Shown piece by piece: positions 35,782 through 46,583 of a stretch of DNA of 64,000 bases (position 1 is its first letter; each line of letters opens with the position of its first letter). Position numbers and translations under genes: made by a program. Under the pieces are notes generated by a model. It worked only from the letters and a program-made list of their open reading frames with translations, ran no database searches and was not told the DNA's origin. The DNA is from Candidatus Eiseniibacteriota bacterium (GTDB lineage: Bacteria; Eisenbacteria; RBG-16-71-46; SZUA-252). The stretch is taken from NCBI GenBank assembly GCA_031370645.1, contig JANMQV010000003.1, positions 1-64,000 on the forward strand, written 5' to 3'.

Positions 35782-36854
35782 AACTGACCGACCAGGCGAG
35801 GCATCTCGGACGCTGGCTCGACGGCACCGGGCCCTCCTCCGACGTCGTCTTGAGCACGCGCGTCCGACTCGCGAGGAATCTCAAGGAAGTGCCGTTCACG
35901 CACCGCGCGAGAGAAGAGCAGCTCGCGATGGTCTACTCGAGCGTTCTCTCCGCCGTTCGGAAGACGCCGGTGTTGGCGACGTCGTCCGCGCTGCCGATGC
36001 GTGATCTCTCGCCGATCGACCGCCAGTTCCTGGTCGAGCGGCATCTGATTTCCAACGACCTCGCCGATAACGGCCGCCTGCGGGGATTGCTGCTCTTGCC
36101 GGACGAAACGGTCTCGGTGATGGTGAACGAGGAGGACCATCTCCGGCTCCAGGCCCTCGCCTCGGGCTTTCAGCTTCGGTCGGCGTGGGAAGCGGTGAAC
36201 GCCATCGATGATGAATTGGGACAGGACCTCGACTATGCTTTCAGCGACGAACTCGGCTATCTCACGGCCTGCCCGACGAACGCGGGAACGGGGATGCGGG
36301 CGTCGATCCTGATTCACCTGCCGTCGCTGGTGCTGACGCGCCAGATCGGCCGGGTGCTCCAGGGCATCACGCAGGTCGGACTCGCCGTCCGCGGCTTCTA
36401 CGGCGAGGGCTCGCAGATCATGGGGAATTTCTTCCAGATCTCGAACCAGACGACGCTGGGACAGAGCGAGCGTGAGACAATCGAGAGTCTCGATCGCGTC
36501 ACGCGCCAGATCATCGACTACGAGCAGCGCGCGCGCGAGGAGCTCTTGAAGGATGCGCGCGTCCAGATCGAGGACAAGGTTTGGAGGGCGTACGGCACGC
36601 TCCGCCACAGCCGGGTTATCTCCTCGCAGGAGGTGATCAACCTGGTTTCCGCCGTTCGGTTCGGACTCTCCCTTCAGATCGAAGGGCTGGCCGACGTGAA
36701 GACGCTGAACGAGCTGTTGATTCGGACTCAGCCGGCTCACATGCAGCTCTGGGCCGGACGCGAATTGGAGCAACGCGAGCGCAACGTCCTCCGCGCGGAG
36801 TACGTGCGCCGGTTGCTCGGCGAAGACATCAGCAACGCCGCCCGTTCGAACTAG
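35778..36854 (+). CDS. mcsB: Protein-arginine kinase McsB
   Basis: Motifs STRVRLARN, LVERHLIS, NEEDHLR, CPTNAGTG, VRGFYGEGS and QISNQ. Confidence 0.95.
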   Translation: MKLTDQARHLGRWLDGTGPSSDVVLSTRVRLARNLKEVPFTHRAREEQLAMVYSSVLSAVRKTPVLATSSALPMRDLSPIDRQFLVERHLISNDLADNGRLRGLLLLPDETVSVMVNEEDHLRLQALASGFQLRSAWEAVNAIDDELGQDLDYAFSDELGYLTACPTNAGTGMRASILIHLPSLVLTRQIGRVLQGITQVGLAVRGFYGEGSQIMGNFFQISNQTTLGQSERETIESLDRVTRQIIDYEQRAREELLKDARVQIEDKVWRAYGTLRHSRVISSQEVINLVSAVRFGLSLQIEGLADVKTLNELLIRTQPAHMQLWAGRELEQRERNVLRAEYVRRLLGEDISNAARSN

Positions 36855-36877
36855 CGGGCGCCCCAGGAGGGATCGCG

Positions 36878-39295
36878 ATGCACGACAAGTTTACCGAGCG
36901 GGTGCGCAAGGTGATGTACCTCGCGCGGGAAGAAGCCGCCCGGCTGCAGCACGACTACATCGGCACGGAACACCTCCTGCTCGGCGTCATTCGCGAGGGG
37001 GAGGGGATCGCGGCCACGGTGCTGAACAACCTGGGCCTCGACCTCGACGCGATCCGCCAGGCCGTGGAGAGCATGGTCGCCTCGACCGGCGGCACGCTGA
37101 CGATCGGGGAGATCCCGTTCACGCCGCGCGCGAAGCGCGTGCTGGAGCTCTCGGTGGACGAGGCGCGCCAGTTGGGCCACAACTACGTCGGAACCGAGCA
37201 TCTTCTTCTTGGGTTGATTCGGGAAGGCGAGGGCGTCGCGGCGCGGGTCCTGCTGGAGCTCGGCGTGGACCGGAAGAAAGTGCGCGAGGAGACGCTGAAG
37301 CTCTTGGGAGGGACCCCATCCGTGTCGCAGCCTGAGCGGGAAGGAAAGGTCGAGACGCCGGCCCTGAATCAATTCGGCCGGGATTTGACCGCGCTCGCGC
37401 GGGAGAACAAGCTCGATCCGATCATCGGACGGGAGCCCGAGATCGAGCGCGTCATTCAGGTGCTGTCGCGCCGGAAGAAGAACAATCCGATTCTCATCGG
37501 AGAACCGGGCGTGGGGAAGACCGCCATCGCCGAGGGGCTGGCCGAGCGGATCGTCGAGAACCGGGTGCCCGAGACGCTGAAGGATAAGCGAATCGTGACG
37601 CTCGATCTGGCCGCCGTCGTGGCCGGGACGAAATATCGCGGACAGTTCGAGGAGCGGCTGAAGGCCGTCATGAACGAGATCCGCGAGTCGAAGGACACCA
37701 TCATCTTCATCGACGAGCTTCACACGATCGTCGGCGCGGGCGGCGCGGAAGGGGCCATCGACGCCTCCAACATGCTGAAGCCGGCGCTGGCGCGCGGCGA
37801 ACTGCAGTGCATCGGCGCCACGACCCTCGACGAGTTCCGGAAGTACATCGAGAAAGACGGCGCCCTGGAGCGGCGTTTCCAGCCGATCATGGTCGATCCC
37901 CCTTCGGTGGACCAGACGATCGAGATCATCAAAGGGCTCCGCGACAAGTACGAGGCGCATCACGGCTCCAAATACACCGACGAGGCCATCGTGGCGGCGG
38001 CCCGCCTGGCCGACCGCTACATCAACGACCGTTTCCTGCCGGACAAGGCGATCGACGTCATCGACGAGGCCGGCGCCTGCGCCCGCCTCTCCGTTTCCGC
38101 CATCCCGACGGAAGTGCGCGATCTCGAGAAGCACGTCGAGGAAGTGGCGAAGGAGAAGGAAGCCTCCATCCAGCAGCAGGAGTTCGAGAAGGCGGCCCGT
38201 CTTCGCGATACGGAGAAGGAACTGCGCGCGAAACTACGCGAGCACAAGAAGTCGTGGAACGAGGTGAAGCACGACACGCAGATCACCGTGGACGTGGAAA
38301 TGATCGCGTCCGTGATCTCCCGGATGACCGGTATTCCGATCAACCGGATCGAGGAGAAGGAATCGGCGAAGCTCCTCCGGATGGAGGAGGAGTTGAAGAA
38401 GTGGGTCGTGGGCCAGGACGAAGCGGTGGCGGCGGTGTCGCGCGCCATTCGCCGTAACCGGGCCGGCCTTCGCGATCCGCGGCGCCCGATCGGCTCGTTC
38501 ATCTTCCTCGGGCCGACCGGCGTCGGCAAGACGGAGCTCGCGCGCGTCCTGGCGCGGTTCCTCTTCGACGACCCCGAGGCGCTCATCCGCATCGACATGT
38601 CGGAGTACATGGAGAAGTTCTCGGTCTCGCGCCTCATCGGCGCGCCCCCGGGCTACGTCGGGCACGAAGAGGGCGGGCAGCTGACGGAGAAGGTTCGGCG
38701 GAAGCCCTACTCGGTGGTTCTCCTCGACGAGATCGAGAAGGCGCATCCCGACGTCTTCAATATCCTCCTTCAAGTGCTGGACGACGGTCAGTTGACCGAC
38801 AGTCTCCGACGGAAGGTCGATTTCAAGAATACGGTCCTGATCATGACGTCCAACATCGGTGCGCGGCAGATCAAGGGGGCGCGGAGCCTCGGCTTCTCCG
38901 AGCGGACCGAGGCGTCGTCGTACGAAACGATGAAGACGACGATCCTCGACGAGTTGAAGCGGGCGTTCAATCCGGAGTTCCTGAACCGGGTGGACGAATC
39001 GATCGTCTTCCATTCGCTCTCGCGGATCGAGATGCTCGCCATCACGCGCATTCTGCTGAATCAGGTCGTCGATCGGCTCGGCCTCACGGGGGTGAAGCTC
39101 TCCTTCGACGAGCCGGTCATCGAGTTGCTGATCGAAAAGGGATTCGACGCCGCGCTCGGAGCGCGGCCGCTCAAGCGCGCCATTCAAAAGCTCATCGAGG
39201 ACCCCCTCTCGGAGCATGTTCTGCGCGGGCAATTGAAGGAAGGCAGCGACGTGCTTGTTCGCCGGCAGGGCGACGAGCTCGCGTTCAACTCTTGA
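36878..39295 (+). CDS. clpC: ATP-dependent Clp protease ATPase subunit ClpC
   Basis: Two Clp N repeats (GTEHLLLG), NBD1 [11 protein letters not shown] motif [14 protein letters not shown]2 GPTGVGKT, ClpP-binding LGF loop; SD AGGAGG. Confidence 0.96.
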   Translation: MHDKFTERVRKVMYLAREEAARLQHDYIGTEHLLLGVIREGEGIAATVLNNLGLDLDAIRQAVESMVASTGGTLTIGEIPFTPRAKRVLELSVDEARQLGHNYVGTEHLLLGLIREGEGVAARVLLELGVDRKKVREETLKLLGGTPSVSQPEREGKVETPALNQFGRDLTALARENKLDPIIGREPEIERVIQVLSRRKKNNPILIGEPGVGKTAIAEGLAERIVENRVPETLKDKRIVTLDLAAVVAGTKYRGQFEERLKAVMNEIRESKDTIIFIDELHTIVGAGGAEGAIDASNMLKPALARGELQCIGATTLDEFRKYIEKDGALERRFQPIMVDPPSVDQTIEIIKGLRDKYEAHHGSKYTDEAIVAAARLADRYINDRFLPDKAIDVIDEAGACARLSVSAIPTEVRDLEKHVEEVAKEKEASIQQQEFEKAARLRDTEKELRAKLREHKKSWNEVKHDTQITVDVEMIASVISRMTGIPINRIEEKESAKLLRMEEELKKWVVGQDEAVAAVSRAIRRNRAGLRDPRRPIGSFIFLGPTGVGKTELARVLARFLFDDPEALIRIDMSEYMEKFSVSRLIGAPPGYVGHEEGGQLTEKVRRKPYSVVLLDEIEKAHPDVFNILLQVLDDGQLTDSLRRKVDFKNTVLIMTSNIGARQIKGARSLGFSERTEASSYETMKTTILDELKRAFNPEFLNRVDESIVFHSLSRIEMLAITRILLNQVVDRLGLTGVKLSFDEPVIELLIEKGFDAALGARPLKRAIQKLIEDPLSEHVLRGQLKEGSDVLVRRQGDELAFNS

Positions 39296-41730
39296 CGGTT
39301 CCCTCGACGAAGGATCGTCCCGATTTCGCGTATCACCGGGTCCCGGCGCTCCAGGCCGGGATCCGCGTGGCCGCGATCTTTTTTTTGCTCCTCGCTGGCT
39401 CGATCGAGCCAGCGTCGGCACAGCAGGCGGAGCGCCTTGGGGCTCCGGCGGACTCCGGCATCGTGCTTCCACTCGACGGGCCCGACCAGGGCGCGCCGGG
39501 GAACCCTCCGCGGACCGGCGGGAGCATCAACTCCGTTAGCGTCGCCGGATTCGCCAACGTCGACTCCCTGGTGATCATCCGCACGTTTGGCCTGAAGGCG
39601 GGCGACGTTTACGAGCGCTCCGCGCTCTCCGACGCGGTGAGGCGTCTCTACGCGACGGGGCTCTTCACCGACGTGGATATCGTCGACCAGGCGGCCCCGG
39701 AAGGGGGCGTGGCGCTGATCATCCACGTGCGGGAGCGGCCGCGCGTCCAGGGCGTCGTCTTCGTGGGAAATCACAAGCTCGACGAGGCCGCCCTGAAAGG
39801 GAAGATCACGGTCGCCAACGGGCAGCTCCTCGACAAGAGCGTTCTCGAACTCGACGCGCGGAAGATCGCGGACGCCTACGCCGACGACGGCTACGCCCGC
39901 GCCCGCGTCTCGGCGAAGACCGACTCCACGGGACCCGGCGTCGTGGGCGTCAAGTTCGAGATCATCGAGGGAACGAAGCAGAAGGTTCGCGGCATCCAGA
40001 TACACGGTGTGACCACGCTTTCGAAGAGCGACCTGGCCGACGCCATGAAGAGCAAGATGCCCGGCTTCCTGAAGAGCGGTACCTACAAGCCGTCGAAGAC
40101 GGACGAGGACATGACCGCGCTCCGCCTCTACATGAGGAGCCGGGGATTCCGCGACGCGGAGGTCGACTCCATCCGGCCCGAGGAGACGGCGGACGGAAAG
40201 GGAGTCATCCTCCACACGTACGTTCGCGAAGGGCCGCGCTACCGATTCGGATCGATGTCGTGGTCGGGGAACACCGCGGTGCCGACCGTGGCGCTCGAGT
40301 TCGTGACCACCTGCCGCCCCGGGCTCCCCTATGACGAATCGAAGGTTCAGAAGACGCTCCAGTCCGCCTACGAGCTCTACCAAGAGACCGGCTATCTCTT
40401 CCTCTCGATCGACCCCAAGTTCAGCGATCGCGACACGATCGTCGACATCGCCTTCGCGGTTCAGGAAGGGCAGCGCTCCCGCGTGGCCGATCTCAAGATC
40501 ATCGGAAACACGCGGACCAAGGAGAACGTCATCCGTCGCGAGGCAAAGGTGCACCCCGGGGACACCTTCCGCCGCTCCTCCCTCATGCGGACGCAGCGCG
40601 ATATTTTCGGGCTCGGTTTCTTCCAGGACGTGAACGTCGACTACGAGCCGACGGGGGACAGCGCCGACATCAACCTGACGCTGAAGGTGCAGGAGAAGCA
40701 GACCGGCACGGCCAGCGCCGGCGCCGGCTATTCGAGTCAGACCGGTCTGACCGGCTTTCTCGAGCTGGGCCACAACAACCTCTTCGGGAACGGCCAGAGC
40801 ATTTCGATCCGTGTGGAGCGGGGCGGTCGCCGCCGCGACCTCCAGCTCTCATTCACGGAGCCCTGGTTCCGCGACACCCCCCTCACGGTCGGGGTGGATC
40901 TCTTCAATACGCAGCGCAATCTCGACTTCTACGACCGTAAGGACGTCGGCGGAGGATTTCGGCTCGGCCGACCGTTACCGTGGCCCGACTACAGCCGCGG
41001 CGTCATCGGATACGATCTTCGCGACGTGACGCTCAGCAGCTTCGACGCGCCGCGCGCGGGCGAGCCGCTCAATCTCGAGAAGCTCCGCGACACCAAGTGG
41101 CCACGGCGGGTGAGCAGCATCAACTTCACCCTGACGCGAAACAGCACCGACAACCCGTTCAATCCCGGACGGGGCTCCAAACTGACTTGGGTGAACACCC
41201 TCGCGGGGGGACCGCTCGGTGGGGTCGAGGAATTCCTGAAGGAGAGCTTCGAGCTTCGGAACTACACGAAGCTCCGAAAGCCCTTCACGCTCATGCTCCG
41301 CGGGAAGGCCGGCTTCCTCGCGGGAGGGTCGGTCCCCGACTACGAGCGTTTCCGGCTCGGAGGAACGACTTCCGACTATCTTCGCGGCTACCCTGACTAC
41401 TATGTCGTCCCGCGGGCCAACGTCACGAAATCGGAGCTGACCGGGAGCGTCATCGAGCGCTATCCGGGCGGCCGGACGATGCTCATCCTGACCACGGAAC
41501 TCCAATTCCCGATTGCCGATCCGCTCCGGGGTCTCCTCTTCTTCGACGCCGGAAACACCTGGAATTCGACCCGCGATCTCGACCTCGGGGACCTTCGAAA
41601 GGGCGCTGGCGTCGGTATCCGCATGGAAATTCCCGCCCTGGGGCGGGTTGGATTCGATGTAGGGTATGGGTTCGACCGTGAGGAAGGGGGGTCTTGGGAG
41701 ACCCACTTCCAACTTGGTAACACTTTCTGA
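39292..41730 (+). CDS. bamA: Outer membrane protein assembly factor BamA
   Basis: Signal peptide, five POTRA-like repeats (e.g. GNTRTKENVIRRE), NLFGNGQ, LRGY and C-terminal FQLGNTF; adjacent to skp and lpxD. The start is uncertain. Confidence 0.93.
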   Translation: MTVPSTKDRPDFAYHRVPALQAGIRVAAIFFLLLAGSIEPASAQQAERLGAPADSGIVLPLDGPDQGAPGNPPRTGGSINSVSVAGFANVDSLVIIRTFGLKAGDVYERSALSDAVRRLYATGLFTDVDIVDQAAPEGGVALIIHVRERPRVQGVVFVGNHKLDEAALKGKITVANGQLLDKSVLELDARKIADAYADDGYARARVSAKTDSTGPGVVGVKFEIIEGTKQKVRGIQIHGVTTLSKSDLADAMKSKMPGFLKSGTYKPSKTDEDMTALRLYMRSRGFRDAEVDSIRPEETADGKGVILHTYVREGPRYRFGSMSWSGNTAVPTVALEFVTTCRPGLPYDESKVQKTLQSAYELYQETGYLFLSIDPKFSDRDTIVDIAFAVQEGQRSRVADLKIIGNTRTKENVIRREAKVHPGDTFRRSSLMRTQRDIFGLGFFQDVNVDYEPTGDSADINLTLKVQEKQTGTASAGAGYSSQTGLTGFLELGHNNLFGNGQSISIRVERGGRRRDLQLSFTEPWFRDTPLTVGVDLFNTQRNLDFYDRKDVGGGFRLGRPLPWPDYSRGVIGYDLRDVTLSSFDAPRAGEPLNLEKLRDTKWPRRVSSINFTLTRNSTDNPFNPGRGSKLTWVNTLAGGPLGGVEEFLKESFELRNYTKLRKPFTLMLRGKAGFLAGGSVPDYERFRLGGTTSDYLRGYPDYYVVPRANVTKSELTGSVIERYPGGRTMLILTTELQFPIADPLRGLLFFDAGNTWNSTRDLDLGDLRKGAGVGIRMEIPALGRVGFDVGYGFDREEGGSWETHFQLGNTF

Positions 41731-41746
41731 GGTAAGGGGTTAGAAG

Positions 41747-42337
41747 ATGGCTCGACACCGATCAGGACGTGGGGTAGTCTGGGGCGCGCTCTTCGTCGCC
41801 CTCCTCTTCGGGGGGGCTCGAATCGCGTCGGCTGACGTGAAGCTCGCCTTCATCGACTCCGACCGGATCTTCGCGGAATACGAGAAGACTCGGGAGGCTC
41901 AGGCCGCGTTCAACCGGGAGGTGCAGGAGCTGTCTCGGACCGCCCAGGATCAGAAGGCCGAAATCGACAAGATGCAGAAGCGTCTGGACCAGCAGAGCCC
42001 CATGCTGAGCGAGGCGAAGCGGGACCAGGAGACGCAGGCTCTGCAGCAGAAGGTGAGCGACTACGAGTCGTTCATTCAGAAGAATTGGGGTCCCGGCGGA
42101 GCGATCTCCAAGCTGAACGAGGAGTACCTCCGGCCGATTATCGATCGTGTCCATCGGGTCGTGGCCGATATCGGTAACAACGACGGGTATCAACTCATTC
42201 TCGACGCCGCGGACGGAAACATCGTCTACGGCGACCAGTCGCTCGACCTGACGAACCGGGTTCTGTCGCGGCTTCGGGACGAAGATGCGGGTAAGGTTCC
42301 GCCGGTTGGAAGCGGAACCACGACCGGCGGACCGTAG
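41747..42337 (+). CDS. skp: Skp/OmpH periplasmic chaperone
   Basis: Signal peptide, [11 protein letters not shown], coiled coil and GYQLILD…DLT; located between bamA and lpxD. Confidence 0.9.
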   Translation: MARHRSGRGVVWGALFVALLFGGARIASADVKLAFIDSDRIFAEYEKTREAQAAFNREVQELSRTAQDQKAEIDKMQKRLDQQSPMLSEAKRDQETQALQQKVSDYESFIQKNWGPGGAISKLNEEYLRPIIDRVHRVVADIGNNDGYQLILDAADGNIVYGDQSLDLTNRVLSRLRDEDAGKVPPVGSGTTTGGP

Positions 42338-42387
42338 TCGAACCGCCGCCGCGATTCGCGTCACGTACGGCGCGAAGGGAGCAACGG

Positions 42388-43434
42388 ATGCGCGTCACCC
42401 TGGAGACCGTGGCCAAAGCCATCGATGGCGAAGTCATCGGCGACGGGTCGATTGAGATCACGGGCGTGGCCGGCATCCGAGAGGCGCGCGAAGGGGAACT
42501 GACCTTCCTCGCCAATCCCCGCTACGAGAGCTACCTCGACGAGACGCGCGCCTCGGCCATTATCGTGGCCGAGAACCACCGCGTGACCGACAAGATCCTC
42601 GTCCGAAATTCGAATCCCTACCTCGCCTTCCTGAAGGCGGTCTGCTTCTTCCAGGGGGACGAGTCACGTCCCGAACCGGGCGTCCATCCGACGGCGGTCG
42701 TAGCACCCGGGGTCGACATCGATCCGAGTGCCTCGATCGGCCCGCAGGTCGTGCTCGAGCCCGGCTCACGCGTCGGCCCGGGGGCGCGAATCGACGCCGG
42801 CTGCTACATCGGCGCGGGCGCCACCGTGGGGGCTGAGACGAGGATCTATCCGAACGTCACGGTGCGTGAAGGTTGCTCCCTCGGCGATCGGGTCATCGTC
42901 CACTCCGGGACCGTGATCGGGAGCGATGGATTCGGCTTCGTCCGCGACGGCGATCTCTATCGGAAATTGCCGCAGGTCGGGACCGTGGTGGTGGAGAACG
43001 ACGTCGAGATCGGCGCCTGCGTTACGATCGATCGGGCCACGACCGGCACGACGCGGATCGGCGAGGGGAGCAAGATCGACAACCTCGTCCAGATCGGCCA
43101 TAACGTACAGATCGGCCGCCACTGCATCATCGTGGCGCAGGTCGGCATCTCCGGCAGCACGGAGGTGGGGGATCATGTCGTCATCGCCGGCCAGGTCGGC
43201 ATCGTCGGACACATCGAGATCGGCAGCGGCGCGCAGATCGGCGCGAAGTCCGGCGTCTCGAAGTCGATCAAGCCGGGGCAGCGGGTGTTCGGCTATCCCG
43301 CACTTCCGGTCGTCCAGGCGAAGCGGATCGAGGCCTGTCTCCGAAAACTTCCCGACCTGGTACAGACGGTCCGGGCGCTGAAGCGCCGCGTGGAAGAGCT
43401 CGAAGGCGGGAACGGCGGAGGCACTCCCGGTTGA
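42388..43434 (+). CDS. lpxD: UDP-3-O-acylglucosamine N-acyltransferase
   Basis: Motifs FLANPRY, hexapeptide repeats, GSDGFGF, TIDRA and [11 protein letters not shown]. Confidence 0.96.
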   Translation: MRVTLETVAKAIDGEVIGDGSIEITGVAGIREAREGELTFLANPRYESYLDETRASAIIVAENHRVTDKILVRNSNPYLAFLKAVCFFQGDESRPEPGVHPTAVVAPGVDIDPSASIGPQVVLEPGSRVGPGARIDAGCYIGAGATVGAETRIYPNVTVREGCSLGDRVIVHSGTVIGSDGFGFVRDGDLYRKLPQVGTVVVENDVEIGACVTIDRATTGTTRIGEGSKIDNLVQIGHNVQIGRHCIIVAQVGISGSTEVGDHVVIAGQVGIVGHIEIGSGAQIGAKSGVSKSIKPGQRVFGYPALPVVQAKRIEACLRKLPDLVQTVRALKRRVEELEGGNGGGTPG

Positions 43435-44759
43435 GCCAACCCCACCAGCGAACGCTCGGCCGCGTCGTCTCCTACGACGGCGTCGGGCTCCACACCGGCG
43501 TCCCCTGTCATATCGAGTTTCGTCCCGCCGCTCCCGGAACCGGTGTGCGATTCGTGCGCCTCGACCTTCCCGGCGAGCCCGAGATCCCGGTCGCGCCCGC
43601 CTTCGCTCGCGCCGACAACGACAACCTGCGCCGCACCGTTCTGAAGAACGGCGAGGCGGAGGTCCACACGGTCGAGCATGTCCTCGCCGCGGTCGCCGGG
43701 CTCGAGATCGACAATCTCGTCATCGCGCTGAACGCCGCCGAGCCTCCCGAGCCTTCCGACGGGAGCGCGAGCGCCTATGTGACCCTCTTCCAGCAGGCGG
43801 GAATCGTCGAGCAGCAGGCCACGCGGCGCTACTTCCACGTGCACGAGCCCGTTCGCCACGAGGAGGGGGGCGTCGTGCTCGCGGCGTTTCCGCACGAGGG
43901 CCTTCGCGTCACCTTCACCATCGAATATCCGAACGCCTTCCACGGCACGCAGCACGCCACGTACGACATCACGCCCGAGGTCTTCGTGAAGGAGATCGCG
44001 CCGGCAAGGACGTTCGTGCTCGAGCGCGACGTGGAAGCCCTCCGCGCGAAAGGGATGATCCGCGGCGGATCGCTCAAGAACGCCGTCGTGGTGAAGCCCG
44101 ATGGCATCATGAACGAGGGCGGGCTCCGCTTCGAGGACGAGATGGTGCGGCACAAGATTCTCGACTTCCTGGGCGACCTGTCGCTCCTGGGGCGCCCCGC
44201 GCGCGGCCACTTTCTCTCGATCAAGTCGGGGCACGCGAGCAACGTCCGCTTCGTGCAGCGGCTGGCGGCCAGCGAGGCCGCGGGCGGAATCGCGCCGATC
44301 GACGGGAACGGGAACGGGACGCTGTCGCTCGACATCAACGCGATCATGCGGATCATGCCGCACCGCTATCCACTCCTTCTCATCGATCGGATTCTGAGTC
44401 TCGACGAGGCGCGGGTGGTGGGGATCAAGAACGTCACGATCAACGAACCCTTCTTCGAGGGCCATTTCCCGGGGCACCCGATCATGCCCGCGGTGCTCAT
44501 CGTCGAGGCGATGGCGCAATGCGGCGGCGTGCTCCTGATGAACCGGGTCGACCGACCCAAGGACAAGCTGGTCTACTTCATGGGCATCGATAACGCGAAG
44601 TTCAGAAAGCCGGTGAGACCCGGAGACCAACTCCGCTTCGAGCTGACCCTGATTCGCCTCAAGCAGCGCATCTGTAAGATGGAGGGAAAGGCCTACGTCG
44701 ATGGAGACCTCGTCGCGGAAGCAGAGCTCCTATCCAGCATCGTTGACCGCAATCCCTGA
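43431..44759 (+). CDS. lpxC-fabZ: Bifunctional LpxC deacetylase / FabZ dehydratase fusion
   Basis: LpxC motifs GVGLHTG, TVEH, ARTF and HKILD followed in the same ORF by FabZ motifs [12 protein letters not shown] and EAMAQ. Confidence 0.95.
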   Translation: MSQPHQRTLGRVVSYDGVGLHTGVPCHIEFRPAAPGTGVRFVRLDLPGEPEIPVAPAFARADNDNLRRTVLKNGEAEVHTVEHVLAAVAGLEIDNLVIALNAAEPPEPSDGSASAYVTLFQQAGIVEQQATRRYFHVHEPVRHEEGGVVLAAFPHEGLRVTFTIEYPNAFHGTQHATYDITPEVFVKEIAPARTFVLERDVEALRAKGMIRGGSLKNAVVVKPDGIMNEGGLRFEDEMVRHKILDFLGDLSLLGRPARGHFLSIKSGHASNVRFVQRLAASEAAGGIAPIDGNGNGTLSLDINAIMRIMPHRYPLLLIDRILSLDEARVVGIKNVTINEPFFEGHFPGHPIMPAVLIVEAMAQCGGVLLMNRVDRPKDKLVYFMGIDNAKFRKPVRPGDQLRFELTLIRLKQRICKMEGKAYVDGDLVAEAELLSSIVDRNP

Positions 44760-45606
44760 GGTCGACCGCCACACGGGGACGTGGGCGCGGCCGATCGGCG
44801 CGGTGTTGCCATTGCCGGACTCGCGGGACAGCCGTCCGCGCATCCACCCGACCGCGATCGTGGAGCGGGGGGCGGAGCTCGGCCCGGGCGTCGAGATCGG
44901 CCCGTTTTCGTACGTCGGTCCGCACGTCACCCTCGGAGAGGGGACGAGCGTCGGCCTTCACGCCATTCTCGAAGGGTGGACCACGATCGGACCCCGCTGC
45001 CAGATCCACCACGGCGCGGTGATCGGGAACATCCCCCAGGACTTGAAATTTCGCGGCGTGCCGACGAAGGTCGTCGTGGGATCGGACACGACGATCCGCG
45101 AGTACACGACCATCCATGCCGCCACCGAAGAGGGGGAGGCGACGATCGTGGGCGACCGCGTTCTCCTGATGGCCTACACGCACGTGGCCCACAACTGCCG
45201 CATCGGGAACAACGTCATCCTCGCCAACGCGGTGACCCTGGCGGGGCACGTCCGGGTGGACGACTACGCCATCATTGGTGGATTGACCCCGATCCATCAA
45301 TTCGTCGCCATCGGGGCGCACTCCTTCATCGGCGGTGGTTCGCGCGTGCCGCAGGATGTGCCGCCGTTCGTGAAGGCGGCGGGGAATCCGCTCCGCGCGT
45401 GCGGTCTCAACAGCATCGGCATGGAGCGACGCGGCATCCCGGCCGAGGTCCGCCTGGAATTGAAGCGCGCCTATCGCATCCTCTATCGCTCTCAACTGAA
45501 CGTCTCGCAGGCGCTCGATCGCATCCTGAGCGAGCTGAGCCCCTACCCTGAAATCCACGAGTTCGTCGAGTTCGTCCGGAGTTCGGAGCGGGGCATCGTG
45601 CGGTGA
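44743..45606 (+). CDS. lpxA: Acyl-ACP--UDP-N-acetylglucosamine O-acyltransferase
   Basis: Motifs IHPTAIV, PQDLKF, IREYTTIH, HVAHNC, DVPPF and SERGI. Start uncertain (TTG 44743 or GTG 44803). Confidence 0.94.
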   Translation: MTAIPEVDRHTGTWARPIGAVLPLPDSRDSRPRIHPTAIVERGAELGPGVEIGPFSYVGPHVTLGEGTSVGLHAILEGWTTIGPRCQIHHGAVIGNIPQDLKFRGVPTKVVVGSDTTIREYTTIHAATEEGEATIVGDRVLLMAYTHVAHNCRIGNNVILANAVTLAGHVRVDDYAIIGGLTPIHQFVAIGAHSFIGGGSRVPQDVPPFVKAAGNPLRACGLNSIGMERRGIPAEVRLELKRAYRILYRSQLNVSQALDRILSELSPYPEIHEFVEFVRSSERGIVR

Positions 45607-46583
45607 CCGGCGCGCGGGCCGGCGTCGCGGGGGTGGGCCACCTCGGTACCCACCACGCGCGCGTCTGGTCGCGAGTTCCGGGCATTACCTCGGTCGCGGC
45701 GTACGATCCCGATCCCGCCGCGCGGGAGCGGGCCGCCGGCGCCATTCCGGGTCTCGAGTTCGCCGACTCCTTCGAGGCGCTCCTCGATCGATCGGATGTT
45801 GTCTCCATCGCCGCACCGACTCCGGCGCACGCGGAACTCGCGCTTCGCGCGTTGAAAGCAGGGCGCCACGTCCTCGTCGAGAAGCCGATGGCGGTCACGC
45901 CGGAGGAGGCCGAGGCGATGCTCGCGGCGGCCCGCGCCGCCGGACGTGCCCTCTTGGTGGGCCAGATCGAGCGCTTCAATCCCGCCGTTCGCGCGGCGCT
46001 CCCGCATCTCGCGAATCCGCGCTTCATCGAAGCCCATCGTCTCGCGCCTCCCGTTCCGCGCGGGATTGACGTCGACGTGGTGCTCGATCTCATGATCCAC
46101 GACCTCGATCTCGCGCTCCTCGCGACCCGTTCCCACATCGTCGAGATGCACGCCGTCGGCGTGCCGGTTCTGACCGACAAGATGGACATCGCGAACGCGC
46201 GGCTTGTCTTCGCCTCCGGCTGCGTGGCGAACATCACCGCGAGCCGCATCTCGCGCGAGAAGGTGAGGAAGATCCGCTTCTTCGAGAGTGCCTCGTATCT
46301 CTCCATCGACTGCATGAACCGAACCGTCGAGGCCTACACGCTTGCTCCGCCGACGCCGGGCGCCGCGCCCGACGATTGGATGAAGCGCATTCGCCCCCTC
46401 TCGGTCGCCGTGGATGGGACGGACCCGCTCGAAAGCGAGCTGGCGCATTTCCTTTCGCTACGGAACGATCCCGCGCGCTCCTGGGAGGAGTGCGCCACCG
46501 CCCTCGAGGCGCTCCGGGCCGCCGAGGCGATCGGGCGCATGGTCTCCCGCGCCCAGCCCGACCCGGCGAGCCTACCCGTCTGA
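45603..46583 (+). CDS. Gfo/Idh/MocA oxidoreductase, GnnA-like (UDP-GlcNAc 3-dehydrogenase)
   Basis: Motifs GVGHLG, VEKPM, ERFNPA, VVLDLMIHDLD and ANITASRIS; located between lpxA and lpxB. Confidence 0.8.
   Translation: MTGARAGVAGVGHLGTHHARVWSRVPGITSVAAYDPDPAARERAAGAIPGLEFADSFEALLDRSDVVSIAAPTPAHAELALRALKAGRHVLVEKPMAVTPEEAEAMLAAARAAGRALLVGQIERFNPAVRAALPHLANPRFIEAHRLAPPVPRGIDVDVVLDLMIHDLDLALLATRSHIVEMHAVGVPVLTDKMDIANARLVFASGCVANITASRISREKVRKIRFFESASYLSIDCMNRTVEAYTLAPPTPGAAPDDWMKRIRPLSVAVDGTDPLESELAHFLSLRNDPARSWEECATALEALRAAEAIGRMVSRAQPDPASLPV

Noticed and set aside
39379..39386. T8 homopolymer in the bamA signal peptide as a phase-variation tract
   Set aside because: It is short and in frame (encoding Phe-Phe-Leu), and bamA is normally essential.
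43431..44759. LpxC-FabZ fusion as a novelty
   Set aside because: This fusion is well known in Bacteroidota, Chlorobi and related lineages. It is kept as a feature and taxonomic hint only.
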